Positions 1-13,489 of a stretch of DNA of 64,000 nucleotides are shown piece by piece. The notes under the pieces are model-generated. The model was not told the origin of the DNA. It saw only the letters and a program-made list of their open reading frames with translations, and ran no database searches. This DNA comes from Rhynchobatus australiae (taxonomy: Eukaryota). Within the stretch, counting starts at the first letter, position 1; each line of letters starts with the position of its first letter. Location of the stretch: positions 36,752,976-36,816,975 of the forward strand of contig JAUZTB010000027.1 in the NCBI GenBank assembly GCA_034780895.1, given 5' to 3'. The translations under genes were made by a program, and so were the position numbers.

Positions 1-2145
1 CTGTTGTGTCAAAGCAGCAGTGGGGCCTTGATTATAAATAGCCAATTTTTAATATGAATCTTCTTTCTTTACTGGTGAAAATGACTCGATATTACGTGTA
101 CAGAGTTGTCAAGTAACATGAGTCAAGCTTCCACAATCCCAGAGTTACTGATTAATTCACATCAAAGGAGGTTAGGCAACATTTAGACAACATTCCTTTG
201 AATCGTCCGAACTTTAAGACAGTGGCAAACATTAACATTCTGGTTTTCTGGTCTTCTGGTCTAAATGCCTCAAGCTGATAAACTAACAAACATTTGGGAA
301 TTCAATCAGCTCTGGACTATCAAAGCCAGTCCCAATTCTAGTAGTGACCGGCAGATTCCCGAGGAGATGGTATCACGTTTTAATTTCACATCGGCTTAGG
401 GTGTGTCGTTCTTTCCTCAGCTCTTGCTATACACAGCAGAAGCTCATTGTTTTCAGTATTCTCTGCTGTGTGTCACTGAAACTATTTAAACTCATCTGAA
501 CCACACACTGTGGAATGGTGGTGCATTGTTATTTACACAACACTGTTGCCAGATACACAATGCAGAAAATACAGTTGGTTGCTTGAAAAGCCACTTGCCT
601 AGAAGTTGGTCAGTGTTGTCCCAGTTAGTTCACAACTGGCCAACGAATGGTCTTATCAGAAAGCCACTCCTTATACTATTTAATAACATGCAAGATTGAA
701 GGTGACATTCAGCAATGAACAAGTCTCACGTAGTCAAGATCTTTCCAGTCAGTGCGGGGCTGGGTGACAGAGACCTGGCACTGAGGGACTGGGGAACAAG
801 ACTGATCGATGGGTAAAGGCGTCAGGGTCAAATTCAGCTACCTGGAGATTGGAGGTTGGATTGGTCGGAGGGGAAGGGGTAGTGTGCAGGGGGTGGGTGG
901 GAGGAGAAAGATTCACTGTCGATGCCTCGGGTCAGTAGATGGGTGGGTGGGAGGTGGGTTGGGTGAAGATCTTGGAAATGTATGGGATGGGGNNNNNNNN
1001 NNNNNNNNNNNNNNNNNNNNNNNNNNNNNNNNNNNNNNNNNNNNNNNNNNNNNNNNNNNNNNNNNNNNNNNNNNNNNNNNNNNNNNNNNNNNNNNNNNNN
1101 NNNNNNNNNNNNNNNNNNNNNNNNNNNNNNNNNNNNNNNNNNNNNNNNNNNNNNNNNNNNNNNNNNNNNNNNNNNNNNNNNNNNNNNNNNNNNNNNNNNN
1201 NNNNNNNNNNNNNNNNNNNNNNNNNNNNNNNNNNNNTAGACTGCAAAGCACACATAAACAGGGCACTGTGTAATCCATTCTCTGAGCCACCGTGTATAAA
1301 GGAGGCTCTGTCTAACCATTCAATCTTTAAAAACATTTAGTAAGCACAGTGTTAAGCTTAAGCCTCCAATTTGTGCTAAGTAGACAGGAATGTTTTTAAA
1401 AAAAACTGCTGCTTCATAAATTCAGAGTCCCAAATGGTATAAAGATGCAATAGGGAATTGCACACTCCACTGTAGCTCCACACTGCATTGCTAGGATTGG
1501 AGATGTGGAACTGATTATAGAAATAAATCAGACTACCTCAGCTAATTTGTGATCAACGTGTGTAACAAAGTACATGTGACCATGGGAAGGTGCCAGCATG
1601 AGAAAAGCATACACACCAAGCCACAAACAGTGCACAGATGCATTGCCGTTTCACATACACTGATGTGGTTGCTAAAGCAACAGGCAAGATCATGGTAATG
1701 TGTGGGGTGGGAGTGAGACAAGGCTGTGGGCTAAAGGTTTACAACTGCCACAAGCTGCCAAGGGACCAGGGAGATGATGGTACAGACAGCGGGTAGGTTC
1801 TTGAAGGCGACTGTCCTGTGCTGTTCAGCCAGAGGTCTGCACCCTTTTCACAGTGATGAGTCAATAAATTCCTGTGGGTTGGGCAGTCAGTTGGTGACCT
1901 CACCAGCAGTGTCAAGTACAGTGCTCTGCATCTTTTCCAGGACAGTAACCAGCAGGCAGATCTCACTCAGAAGTCAGGCTGCCCTGTCCTTTATTAAAGC
2001 ATGTCAGTGCATGTAATACTGGAGCAGTTCACCAAGGTGAGACTCTCTTCTTTAATGCAGTGTCTGGTTGATAGAGGCTTGAAAATAACGTGCTCCACCC
2101 CCCATTCCCAGGGACAGACCAATGCTGTTTTCAGGACATGGCATG

Positions 2146-2410
2146 GTGGGGCAACCGGTACAGTTGCTGCCTCACAGCTCCAAGCAAACTGAGGTCGAAC
2201 CTGACCTCAGGTACCAATACATGGAGTTTGCACGTTCTCCAGGTAACCACATGGGTTTCCTCCAGCTGCTCTGGTTTTCTCCCACATCCTAAAGATGTGC
2301 TGGTTGGGAGATTGACTGGACACTGTAAATTGTCCCAAGTGTGTAGAATCTGGGAGTCCGGGGGGGGGGGGTCGTGGGAGATGGTGGGTTTGATGCGAAT
2401 GTAGGGAGAA
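2146..2410 (+). mobile_element. tRNA-derived V-SINE (HE1-like), diverged
   Basis: gctgcctcacagctcc head and V-domain-like core ggagtttgcacgttctcc...gggtttcctcc...ctggtttcctcccacatcctaaagatgtgc. Confidence 0.8.
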
Positions 2411-3849
2411 ACCAATGAACAGAGGAGCTTGCTGCAACGTTGGCTGCAGTCTGTGAATCTCCATGCCTAAACTCCCAGTCATAATCAATTTGGCAGGAAA
2501 GCCAGGATTATCTCTCACTAAAAGTTCACTCAACTTCCACAAAACTTAAAAAAGAAAGTTATCACCATCCCATAAATCATTCTTCTTTTAATTACNNNNN
2601 NNNNNNNNNNNNNNNNNNNNNNNNNNNNNNNNNNNNNNNNNNNNNNNNNNNNNNNNNNNNNNNNNNNNNNNNNNNNNNNNNNNNNNNNNNNNNNNAAATA
2701 ATTCTTATTTTAATTACAAAGTCTGTTCCACCCCCCCCCCCCCAAAATAAAAGTCCCCCAATCTTAGGTCCCTTCTCCAACTCATCTGTATAATTTCTTC
2801 ACTCATTTTCGTTCGGGGATGGGGCGACTCACTACCATTCATGCCTCACTGAACAGGAGAGTTACCACTCTGGGGGTTCATCAGCCCATTTCAAATGCAG
2901 AGAATATCTAGGAGGTATCTGGTGCTGAGAGGCAATAGAACTACTTGCTGTTTCACACACTGCAGTCATAAACCCTCAGGGTCTTGCAGAGAGCACTCAG
3001 AGGTTATATTACTCATCATTAATGGAAAGGACTCAGTAATGTGAAATACAATTTATAGTCCAAAATGTAGCTGTGTGCTGTAAAGTTCCAGCTGCATTAC
3101 TGAGAGGCTGAAGCTGTCTGCTCCCCTCTCCAAGGCATCAAATTAGTATGGAAGTAAATTCATGAATCATATTTCAATTCCTCTGGTGAATGCACATTCT
3201 CTAATGTCTCAATCAACTATGGCTCGTGGCGACTTGACAGATTCATCTTCTATGTATGCAGCTTGATAAAAGGCAACAATATCTTGCATGAGTGAATGAA
3301 CTCCCTGAGTGCTTAAACATTAGTGAGAAGCCAGAGAGCTACCTCATACTGATGGCCACCTCTGCAAAGTGTCAGAATCAGTGGGCCATGACGTCAGAAC
3401 ATTGATAATTATTCTGGAGCAGAACTACAGTGGGAAAGGCACATTTAACCAGCCAGTTCATGTATTGTGCTTACTTCACAACCAGTGAGTGGAGGTGTGG
3501 GAAAGAGAAACAGAGAGATGCACAGCGTGGGGGAGGTGGGGAGAAGAATAGTAGGGGTTGATCAGGAGCTCAACAGCCAAGATGCGGCCTAGAGTGGGGA
3601 GTGGAGTAGAGGGCATCAAAATCAAGATGTAATACCAGGGAGAGTGGTTTGTGTTGTGATCAGTCCAGGGTTAAGATGTTGGATGGCCCAAGGAAGGCCC
3701 AGAGCAAGTATGTGGGATAGCTACCTGCAGGTACATCCAAGCATCAAACCCCACAGCCTTAGTCTAGGTCAGGAAGCCATAATCCATTCCAACAGTGGAA
3801 TCACACAAGTGGATTCAGCCATTCATCCCATTGAGTCTGATCCAGCATG

Positions 3850-5160
3850 GTTGCATTGTATCTCGATCTTATTCAAGGAGGACAGCTGGGGAAATAAAGT
3901 AATTATAGGCCTGAGAGTCTAATGTCAATGGTAGAGAAGTTATTGGAAAAAATTCTGAAGGACAGGATTAATCTACACTTGAAAGGCAGGGATTAGTCAG
4001 TGATAGTCAGCATGCATTTGTTACAGAGAGACCTCATCTGACCAATTTCAATAACTTTTATTGAATGGACTTCAGTAAGGCCTTTAACAAGATAGTGTAG
4101 GAGACTGATCCAAAAAGTTAGATCCCACATGATCTAGGACAAACTTAATAGGAGGTGATGATGGAGAGTTATTTTTGTGACAGGAAGTCTGCGCCATAGG
4201 GATTGGGGTTGTGACCCTTATTGTTTGTTATAGACATTAAATGATTTGGATGTGAATGGAGGAGATATGATTAATATGCTTGCAAACATAAATATTATTG
4301 CCATTCTTGATAGTGATGAAGGTAATCTTAGGCTAGAGTACAATTGATGTTGGTAAAATGGGCTGAGAAATGGCAGATGGAATTTAATCCTGATAAATCT
4401 GAGGTAAATGAATTTTGGGAAGATTAAGACACTAGAACAAAAACAATGAATGGTCGAGCCCAAGGAAGTATTGAAGAACAGAGGGACCTTGGTGTACAAG
4501 TCCAAACATCCCTGAAGGTGGCAACAAAGGTAGATAAAAATGAATACAGTATATTTACCTTCATTACCCAGGGCACAGACTATAAGAATGTGGTCATAAT
4601 TGTACAACTTTAGAAAACACTGTTTAGGGCACAGCTGGAACTGGTGTGCTGTTCTGGCCGCCACTTTATAGGAATGACTTGACTGCACAGGAGAGAGTGC
4701 AAGGGAGATTCACCAGTTTGTCGCCCAGGATGGAATATTCAGTTATGAGGAGAGAATGGATAGGCTGGGTTTGTTTTCTTTGGAGAAGAGGAGGCTTGAA
4801 GAGGGGATCCGAGTGAGGTATACAAAATCAAGAGGGCAAAAACTGGTTAAATAATACGAAACTTTCCTCCACAGAAAGGGTGAATAAAACCAGGTGGCAT
4901 AGGTTTAAGGCAAGGCGCAAGAGATTTAGAGGGGATCGAGGGAAGATTTTTTCACCTTAAGTTGATTGGCATGTGGAACATGCTGTCACTTGGGTTAATG
5001 GAGGCTCAGACACTCAAAAGGTTTAATTAATACCTGGATAAGCAATTGAAACACCAAGGTATATGGACCAAACACTGGAAAATGCGATTCGTATAAATGG
5101 GTAACTGATGACTGGCATGAACATGAAGGGCTGAAGGGTCTGCTTGTGTGCTGTATGAAT
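3850..5160 (+). mobile_element. CR1 LINE, degenerate RT region to 3' end
   Basis: Frameshifted CR1 ORF2 motifs (atggacttcagtaaggcctttaacaag = MDFSKAF; tgggctgagaaatggcagatggaatttaatcc = WAEKWQMEFN) and a CR1-type 3' tail gggctgaagggtctg...ctgtatga. Confidence 0.85.
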
Positions 5161-7064
5161 CAACTCCTCCAACCTGTTCCATTGTAGCTGCTCTTCATCT
5201 CAACTCCGTTTACTCCCTTAGTTGCACAATCTGTAACAGCCTTCCCCAACAAGAACCTCATCAATCTCAGCTTTCAGACTGTTAATCAACCTCCAGCCTC
5301 AATGTTCAAGTTCCAGATTTCCCTTTTTATTGAAGATATCTTTTCTGACAACATCCCCTGAACAGTCCAGCTCTATTTTCAAAATTATATATGATTTCCG
5401 CTTCACAACAACCCCACCAGAGGAAATAGTTTCTCTATCCATCTTATCNNNNNNNNNNCATCTTAAATACCTCAATTAGACTCTTCTTAATCCTCCATAT
5501 TCAATAGAATATAAACCCAGTCCAAGCAACAGCATCAGAAAAGCCTTTAATCAATTTTACTTACTGCATATGGTATCAGACATGTGTCAGCAGAACAAAG
5601 AGCTCTCGCACTAGTCACAAAATCTTTTCTCAAATTAATTGCAAAGTCTTTCATTTAAAAGAAACTTACTCAACTGTACTTCAAAGGGGATTAATGGAGC
5701 TGAGAAAGTGTTGCAAAACTTTTTTCTCTGTTTGTTCCACAAATAAAATGTCTTCTTATTTGATGCAAAGACATCCTTCTCGTCAGAAGTGTATCACACT
5801 GTGTGCTGTGTGGGATTGGCAAATCATGGCCTGGGGCTAACAAAATAGGGAAGGGCCCTGCGTTGGCAGAATAGTGAGAATCTGAGATGTGCAAGAGAGG
5901 CCAGAATTAAAAGACTACAGTAACCTCAGAGGGATGGAAAGTAATCGTATTTACTTTTGATTGATTTCTCAAGTTCTCCTGTTCGGATTTCATGAGGTTT
6001 AGAAGGGTGTGCTTTGGCTGACACTGCCTAACTGGTGGCATGGTCCTCCATAATCACACACAGCAAGACTTGCTAGCGTCAGCAACTTGAGATATTAGCA
6101 AATTCAACTCTCTACATGCCCCACCTCCTGCAATGGAGACACCAGGATAGGCACCAAAGTGTCTTGCACACACAANNNNNNNNNNNNNNNNNNNNNNNNN
6201 NNNNNNNNNNNNNNNNNNNNNNNNNNNNNNNNNNNNNNNNNNNNNNNNNNNNNNNNNNNNNNNNNNNNNNNNNNNTCTTGCACACACAAAAAAAACAAGC
6301 TGTTGACAATGCTGAGTCAGTCAAGGATTTGAAAGTGGGGTTGAGTGTTGACTCATACCAGTCAACTGCACAGCAAGCAAATCAATTTACTCAGGGAACA
6401 GTCTAAAGAGCAGAAGAAACAAAAACTGATATATGACTTCTCCCAATAAATGCAAAGCAATCTCTCCAGAAAAGTATAGTGAATGGAGGGCAGTTGCATG
6501 TAAATCAATGGACATCAAACTCAGTCATTTACAGCTGTGTGCTCACCAAACCTCAGTCATCTCCAATTGGGCTTCTATATTATATGTTTTATATATATAT
6601 CAACTATACAAACACACATGTATAAAATATATAAGAGCAGACGCACCAGCTCCAAAGGATTCCTCATTTTTAAAATCTATTATCCTTTTAACATGTTTAG
6701 TAGAACAAGTTGTGTCAAAGTTGAACTGATCCTCTTCACTTGCCCAATTAAGGATGGGCGGGACTTGTAAATTTGATGCACTTCTGCCTACAGCAATGAA
6801 GCTTTGTCAGCCAGACCCAGCATGATGTGGCTCTTTAGAGTGTTAGCACTTTAAACACACTACTCATCACAGCACCATGTTTGGTTGAAGAAAATGAGGC
6901 AAGGGCTTTTCTATCAANNNNNNNNNNNNNNNNNNNNNNNNNNCCAGAAACCCCCCACAGTTTAAATCTTACATTAGCATTAACAGCAAGTGAGGTTTCT
7001 TATCAAGCCTTTCTCTTGAGCATGAATATACAAAAATAAGTTAAACCAACAGGTCCACAGCAGA

Positions 7065-8370
7065 CTCAGTGCTGTCAAGCAAGGCTTCCCCACTGCCCCG
7101 ACACTTTACTCAATCCTTCTCACTGCCATGTTACATTTCGCTTCCAACAAGCTTCCTGCTGGAGTGAAGCTAATCTACAGGACCATCGGAAAACCAGTCA
7201 ACCCACGACACCCCCACTCCAGAACCAAGACCACTCCAATTTCAGTCAGAACCGCAGTACACAGGCGGCGCTTGCGTGCACACGCTTGGAAGCCAATCTC
7301 TCATCATCATCAGCTCATTCATTGAAGCATAACGGATGACGGGCCTCAGACCATGAAACATATGAACCATTTCCCATTTCTTGGGAGCTTCTTTTCAGCA
7401 AAAGCAGACAGTGATGGCAAGTTTCAACATTGACTTCAGTGCATCAGCACAACGTTTGACTGTCTGAGGAAACGGGTGCCTGAAGATCAAGGTCTCAAAC
7501 CCATCACAAAGCTCATGGTCTGCTGGACAACTGTGATCCCTGTCCTCCTGTGTTTCTGAGATATGGACAACCAGCATCAGGTACCTCAGAAGGCTGGAGA
7601 GATGCCATCAATGGTATCTCCAAATCCACTGGCAGGACAAGCAAACCAATGTCTGAGTGCTCTCCCAGGCAACACCTCCACCAAAAGGGATCCTAATTCC
7701 TCAGTTAGTTCCTTTGGAGGCCACTTTATTCATGTGCCCAATACAGATAAAATAACGCATCTTTATTAGTCACATATACATCGAAACACACAATGAAATG
7801 CACCGTGTGTAGAATGTTCTGGGGGCAGGCCACAAGTGTCACCATGCTTCCGGAGCCAACACAGCATGGCCACAACTTCCTGACCCACACATCTTTGGAA
7901 TGTGGGAGGAAGCCGGAGCACCCGGAGGAAACGCACGCAGACACAGGGAGATCCTAATTCCTCAGTCGGTTCCTTCGGCAGGCCACTTTATCCATGTGCC
8001 CAACACTTGTCTCCTGCAACACACACTCTGTTCTGAGCTCTGTTAAGGCAAGAGATTACCCAGGTAGACAGAGAGAATGAATCCAGGACGTTCTCATAGC
8101 CTCCTTGACAAAGTTTAATATCATCACCAATTCCTATGAATCCCTGACCCATGACTGGAGGCATAGCCTTGAAAAATCACAACTCCCTTTGCCGGGAGCC
8201 TACAGAGGAGAGCTCCACCTCCAAACCCACCCACCCATCCGCCCCATCATACTGCCTCTGCTCCTAATGTGGCAGAGTCTGTGGTTCCCACATTAGCCTC
8301 ATCAGCCACCACAGAATTCACAGAACCAGGAAAGAAGCAAGTCACCTTCAATCCCGAGGAGTCGTTCAAG
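7065..8370 (+). mobile_element. RTE-clade LINE, degenerate, interrupted by a SINE
   Basis: gtcaagcaaggc...gccccgacact (VKQG..APTL) and GVKLIYRTIGKPVN are typical of RTE RT. The C-terminal part ends ...atcccgaggagtcg, similar to the copy at 46535-47030. Confidence 0.75.
7750..7950 (-). mobile_element. 5'-truncated V-SINE (family with ...gatgtacatgtgactaataaa tail)
   Basis: Reverse complement matches the copies at 17066, 19011, 20410 and 36262. Confidence 0.85.
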
Positions 8371-11300
8371 TAGATGAAGGTACAAAATTATTACCTTACA
8401 CAACCAAAGTTCATGCAAACATTAAGATCATTAACAAAGATTAAACTTCAAAAGCCAAATTCCATCAAGTCATTTATCATTTGAAAGGCAAATGAAACGT
8501 TTATTTAGCTGGACTGTGTGGATCCTACTCAGAAGGCTGGTAAAACTTCTCACCGTCTAACAGAAGGGAGCTCTGCGATAAATCTGTCTCTTTGATGAAA
8601 ATTCAACAAAGCATTCTAAACTATTAAATTTGGTATAAAATACACACATTTTATTAAATGTGCTTGAGTTTTTATTAATTAATTTACCAATTAAGACCAT
8701 TGCACTACATTTTTTTGACTTAGAATATCTGGAACTTCCCAATTTCAACCTGTGCTTTGGTTTCTTTTAGTGCATAGAACAGTTTGACAACACGTTCCAA
8801 AACTCAAGAGGTTCTCAGTCGAAACTTGATCCATCTTAACCCAATAAGTTGTCCTCAATTCGACAGCCTATTATATCAATGAACATCTGGCTGCACAGCA
8901 TTTGAGAAATTCACATCCCTGTTCTATGTGCAGCTGCCTGGATTCAGGTCTGCACTCTGCTCATCTGCTTTTGCAGAATATCATCAAATTAATCTACCAA
9001 CTTTCTCTTCTTGCTTCTCCAGGAGTCCTAAGTCTGAGACACTGCAATGAAAAGATGCCTGATGAACAAAATTCAATGCCCTGGATCAATACATGGGCTG
9101 GGGGGAGGAGGTGGTGAGAGGATGGGGGCATTGGGAACAGGCCCAAGGTATAGTGGGAGAGATAAAGAGAAGAGCCAAATTGACCTGAGCAGAGGTAAAA
9201 GAGCAGGACACACGTCTCTGATAAGTTGCCAATCGGGTTTAGTAACTTGTTACATATGTGTAATAGCGCAATATTTTTTCTCTAAGTAATGAGGGGATAT
9301 CGCCCCATCTTGCTGCACCCCTCAAAAATGTACCGCTGGGCATTTCCACAACATAAATAGAGACAAGTCTGTGCCACTCTACAACTTTGGTGTAACTGTA
9401 CTTCAAATTCCATGCNNNNNNNNNNNNNNNNNNNNNNNNNNNNNNNNNNNNNNNNNNNNNNNNNNNNNNNNNNNNNNNNNNNNNNNNNNNNNNNNNNNNN
9501 NNNNNNNNNNNNNNNNNNNNNNNNNNNNNNNNNNNNNNNNNNNNNNNNNNNNNNNNNNNNNNNNNNNNNNNNNNNNNNNNNNNNNNNNNNNNNNNNNNNN
9601 NNNNNNNNNNNNNNNNNNNNNNNNNNNNNTCCCACATGAAGATGAAGTCGCAATTCAACATACACTTTTGTAAAAAAGACAAAAACCCCATATTGGCATG
9701 TTCCTGAATCAAACAGTAGTAGGCCATTCATCCCATCGTGTCTGTTCCATCTCTGCAGCTAATTAATTAGCTCTGCTCACCTGCTCTTTCCTCATTACTC
9801 TGCAAGTATTTCCTTTACAGCTACACACCCAACACCCTTTAAAATAATTACTGAATCTATGTAAACTGTACTTTCTAGAAGTGTATTTCAGGTCATAATA
9901 GCTTGCTGCTTAAAAACTCTCCACACCCTTCACCCTGTTCCTCAACAATTGTCTTAAATCTGTCTTGTCTGGTTACCAATACTCCTCTGCTGGAAATTCT
10001 CCATATTTTTTAGGCTAACAAATTTGGAACATTCTGATTGTTTCTCCTTGCAGGAGAAATTTCTATATTAGAACTAAAATCAAAGTCCGAGTGTGTGTTT
10101 GATCTTAACTTGAATGGACAGTTCATGGGAATCTTAAGAGCTTGACCTTTAGTTACCTAAAATAAAAGGAACAAAAGCACAAATAATTCAACCTCCCTGA
10201 CCTTAAAACATAATGAGCAATGTATTACTGTTGCAGAGTGTTGCAAGTCCCCATCTGTTTGTGACATTAAATGAACCATATTACCAATTATTTCCCATTA
10301 ACACGGCGTGCTTGTGCACCAGCTGGTTGCTGGCAATAGCCCTTCTGGTTCAGACCAGGCTCTGTGCACTTTCCTCAAGTGAAAATTAGGATCAGAGACC
10401 TTAAAGACACTTTTAATTTGTTTAAGGCAAGAAAGTTGGCTGCACTCTGAGCATCAAATGCCCACTTGCTCCTGGGACTTTCCTCCAATTACCTTTTCCA
10501 CCTGCAAGTATACGAGTAAAAATACAATTTACTAAGATCCAATAGGAATGTTCCAAATCTGACAGCCGAAATATGGAGAATTTCCAGTGGAGGAGTGTCA
10601 GTAACTAGACGTGACAGATGTAAGATAATTGCTGAAGGAACAGGGTGTGTATCGATAAATGAGAATTATTTTTATGCAGTGAGCTGTTATGATCTGGAAA
10701 ATAGTGCTTGAAAGCAAACAAGTACCACAATGTCCTGATATTTAAAAACTGCCATATCTATGTGCACAATAAAAATCTAATTTACTGTTGACAAGTCACA
10801 AGATCAGTTTACACCATAAAGATGGAATATCTTCATCAAGAACCTCCTTACAATTTAAACAATGAAAAGAAATTGAGATAAAGCTCAACAGCCTCTCATA
10901 TCAATGCTATATCGAGATATTAAGTACAGATGAGATCAAGGACAATTGGCTAGTTAAGAAGTTACCAGAGCCCAATAGTGAGTGGGAAATGAATTCATTT
11001 TCAGAAGAAAGACTCATTAACCTAGAAGTGCTTTGTCAGTCTTGTCATTGTAACCAAGTGTGCTAACTCATCTCGTCTGGTAACCCCTCCAGTCAATTTT
11101 GTAAACAATGCCATGGAGACAGATTAGAATCTTTTTTAAGAACAGGAAAAGGTCATCATTAAGCCATTCCCTTCACATCCTTCAATTGTTTCTCTCTCCA
11201 GAAAAGCTCCCGACTGTCTCAAACTCATTTACTGCCTTTTCGACAGTTTTTAAACTAATTCCAGAACATCAGCTCCTCTTGGTTTTTGGTCTCAGTTGCC

Positions 11301-11484
11301 TTCACTGTAGCCCTTGTACCTCCCAATTAAAGGGGTACCGATTCATGTAATGTGGCACAGACTAAATGTCCCCCTCCACCTCCCTCATATATTTTGCATC
11401 TTACTAACTTAAAGGCATTTCCTGTACTTATCAAGCCATGAGGCAGGCTGAAGGAGAGTTGGCTGTTTATTCCTGGTACTCTGG

Positions 11485-11710
11485 AACACAAAACAAGAGG
11501 AGCAGGAGTAGGCCACCTGACCCCTCAAGCCTGCCCTGCATTCAATATGATCAAGGCTGATCTGCCCCAGGCCTCAGTTCCTCTTCTGTGTCAGTTCCCC
11601 ATTGCTTCAAATTCCCCTATCTTTCAAAAATCTACCTCCTCTTTAAATACCTCCATGATCTAGCCTCCACAACCCTACAGGGTAGAGAACTCCAGAGATT
11701 CACCACCCAG
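11485..11710 (-). mobile_element. CR1 LINE 3' end fragment
   Basis: ggagcaggagtaggccac...aagcctgccctgcattcaatatgatc...gggtagagaactccagagattcacc is the antisense of a CR1 3' end. Confidence 0.7.
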
Positions 11711-11977
11711 ATATGGTGCAGGTGGAGAAAGTGGCTTAAACTTGTAAAATTCAAACAATGTCATTGCATCACTTCACTTACAAGATCACACCATCAGATG
11801 CCTCTCTGCCTGTCCAGTCTGAGCTATTCTCATATCTAAACTTCTAACCCTCACCAACAGGAGGACGATGACAGAAAAATGCAGAAATTTACTTCATATA
11901 TTCCCCACATGCATTAATGGAAGAAAACGATTTGTGAGATATACCACAAACTGCATCAGTTTATGCAATTCAATTAC

Positions 11978-12700
11978 CTTTCCGACTGGCTTTGTTCCTT
12001 CCCAATTCCTCTTTTCCAGAGAAGGAGGTACCTGATAGATGTCCTGGGCTGGATTCATGGATGGGGGCACTTGGTAGATGTCCTGGACTGGATTCATGGA
12101 TGGAGGTATTTGGTAGACATCCTGTCCAGGAACCATGGATGGGGGCACCTGATAGATATCCTGAGGTGGACTCTTTGATGGTACCTGATAGATGTCCTGG
12201 GATTGATTCAGAGATGGAGGCACCTGGTAAATCTCCTGGGTTGGGTTCATGGACTGGGTCAACTGGCCTTGAGATGCTGTCTTCTGATACATGGTCTGCT
12301 GCTGTTGTTTAGTTGGGGTAGCTGGGTACTTGTTTGTCTGGTTCTGCAGTGCAGGAGGAACCTGATACAAGCTCTGCTGTACTTTGTTTGATGAGGGCAT
12401 CATATAGACATTGTCTCCCTGGGGTACGTAAGCAGGGTGCATAGCTGTATACTGTGAGGATTGGGATGGCATTTGGTAAACATTCTGTTGCTGGTAAGGC
12501 TGTGGTGATTGTGGGGGCTGTTGTGCCGGGCTGGAATTTGGCTGTTTTTTCTCATACATTCCCACCAGGATCTTTAGCCGGTTTCCAGGCACGATACCTT
12601 GCCGTCCGNNNNNNNNNNNNNNNNTGATATCCCCCTTGCGAAACGTCAGTTCATCTGGTGATTCAGCCACATTGTCATACAAGGCTTTAGCCAGTACATT
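11978..12700 (-). CDS. BCAR1: BCAR1/p130Cas coding exon 2 (SH3 domain, Pro/Gln-rich linker, start of YxxP substrate domain)
   Basis: Translation NVLAKALYDNVAESPDELTFRKGDI...GRQGIVPGNRLKILVGMYEKK...QDIYQVPPS...WEGTKPVGK matches the known p130Cas N-terminus. The acceptor is ttttttcttccag|AAT (AG at 12702-12701) and the donor is AAG|gtaatt (GT at 11977-11976), so the exon is phase 0/0. A 16-N gap lies at 12609-12624. Confidence 0.97.
12018..12253 (-). repeat. Coding tandem repeat, 6 units of ~39 bp encoding QDIYQVPPS(M/L)xxx
   Basis: Seen directly: QEIYQVPPSLNQS / QDIYQVPSKSPP / QDIYQVPPSMVPG / QDVYQIPPSMNPV / QDIYQVPPSMNPA / QDIYQVPPSLEKR. Confidence 0.95.
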
Positions 12701-13489
12701 CTGGAAGAAAAAAATAAAACTTCTTAGGCAAAACACGTACATGAAGATTGGAGTTAAATAAGCCTGTCTGACATATTGGCATGACTTATTCTGCACAAAC
12801 CTTTATTGCAGGAAACATTTTTCTAGATCAGATTTCAAATCAAATAATTGCATGAATAAACTTGAAAAATACTGCTTGTTAAAAGTGTTTAGCTTATTAA
12901 CTTTCAACCTGTTCAGTTTATGTTTTCTTGTGTTAGTGTTGAAAAACCAAGAGCACATTTCTTATAAATTATGTTACTGAAATCTGCAAACAGGCAAAAA
13001 CTTTTCCACATAACACGGAGGTGGTGAGTTGAAGGGCCTGTTTCCCTGCTGTACAACCCTATGACCATAATGAGNNNNNNNNNNNNNNNNNCTCTCCTGT
13101 CCGAAGGTTTAAGTATGCTCTGTGTGACAGAATTTGATCAGAAAATCGTTGCCTTTACTGCACCTTTTGCAAAGGTCACTAAATTGCTTCAGGATCCTCG
13201 CTGAATAAGGAGCACACGGCTGGGCAGAGATGCCCAGTTCAATGAAATGATGTCGAATGACAATGCAACCACGTCTGAACACCACTTCTGCTAAATTCAG
13301 TTGCATCCAAGACCAAATGACCTGAACCACTTCAGCAGAAGCAAAACTCTACAGCAAATACAAGCTCTTTTCAGTTGAACTTAAAGGCAGACAAGAGGAC
13401 CTGTATGTGTTTTACTGTAGGTCGCCTTCAGGATGTATGTCAGCCCAATCACTAACCTTAAGTCTCCCAAACCAATCTTATTTTGCCAC

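Noticed and set aside
6162-6289. Direct repeat tcttgcacacacaa on both sides of a 100-N gap
   Set aside because: Typical unmerged contig overlap around a default-size gap, so an assembly artefact.
1-11977. BCAR1 exon 3 (expected to start VVVPTRVG)
   Set aside because: No matching sequence found by eye or in the ORF track. It is probably left of the window or in a gap.
11894-12796. 300-aa single ORF as a complete gene
   Set aside because: The N-terminal MQNK...FFFQ and C-terminal VIEL... parts are read-through into introns. Only 11978-12700 is exon.
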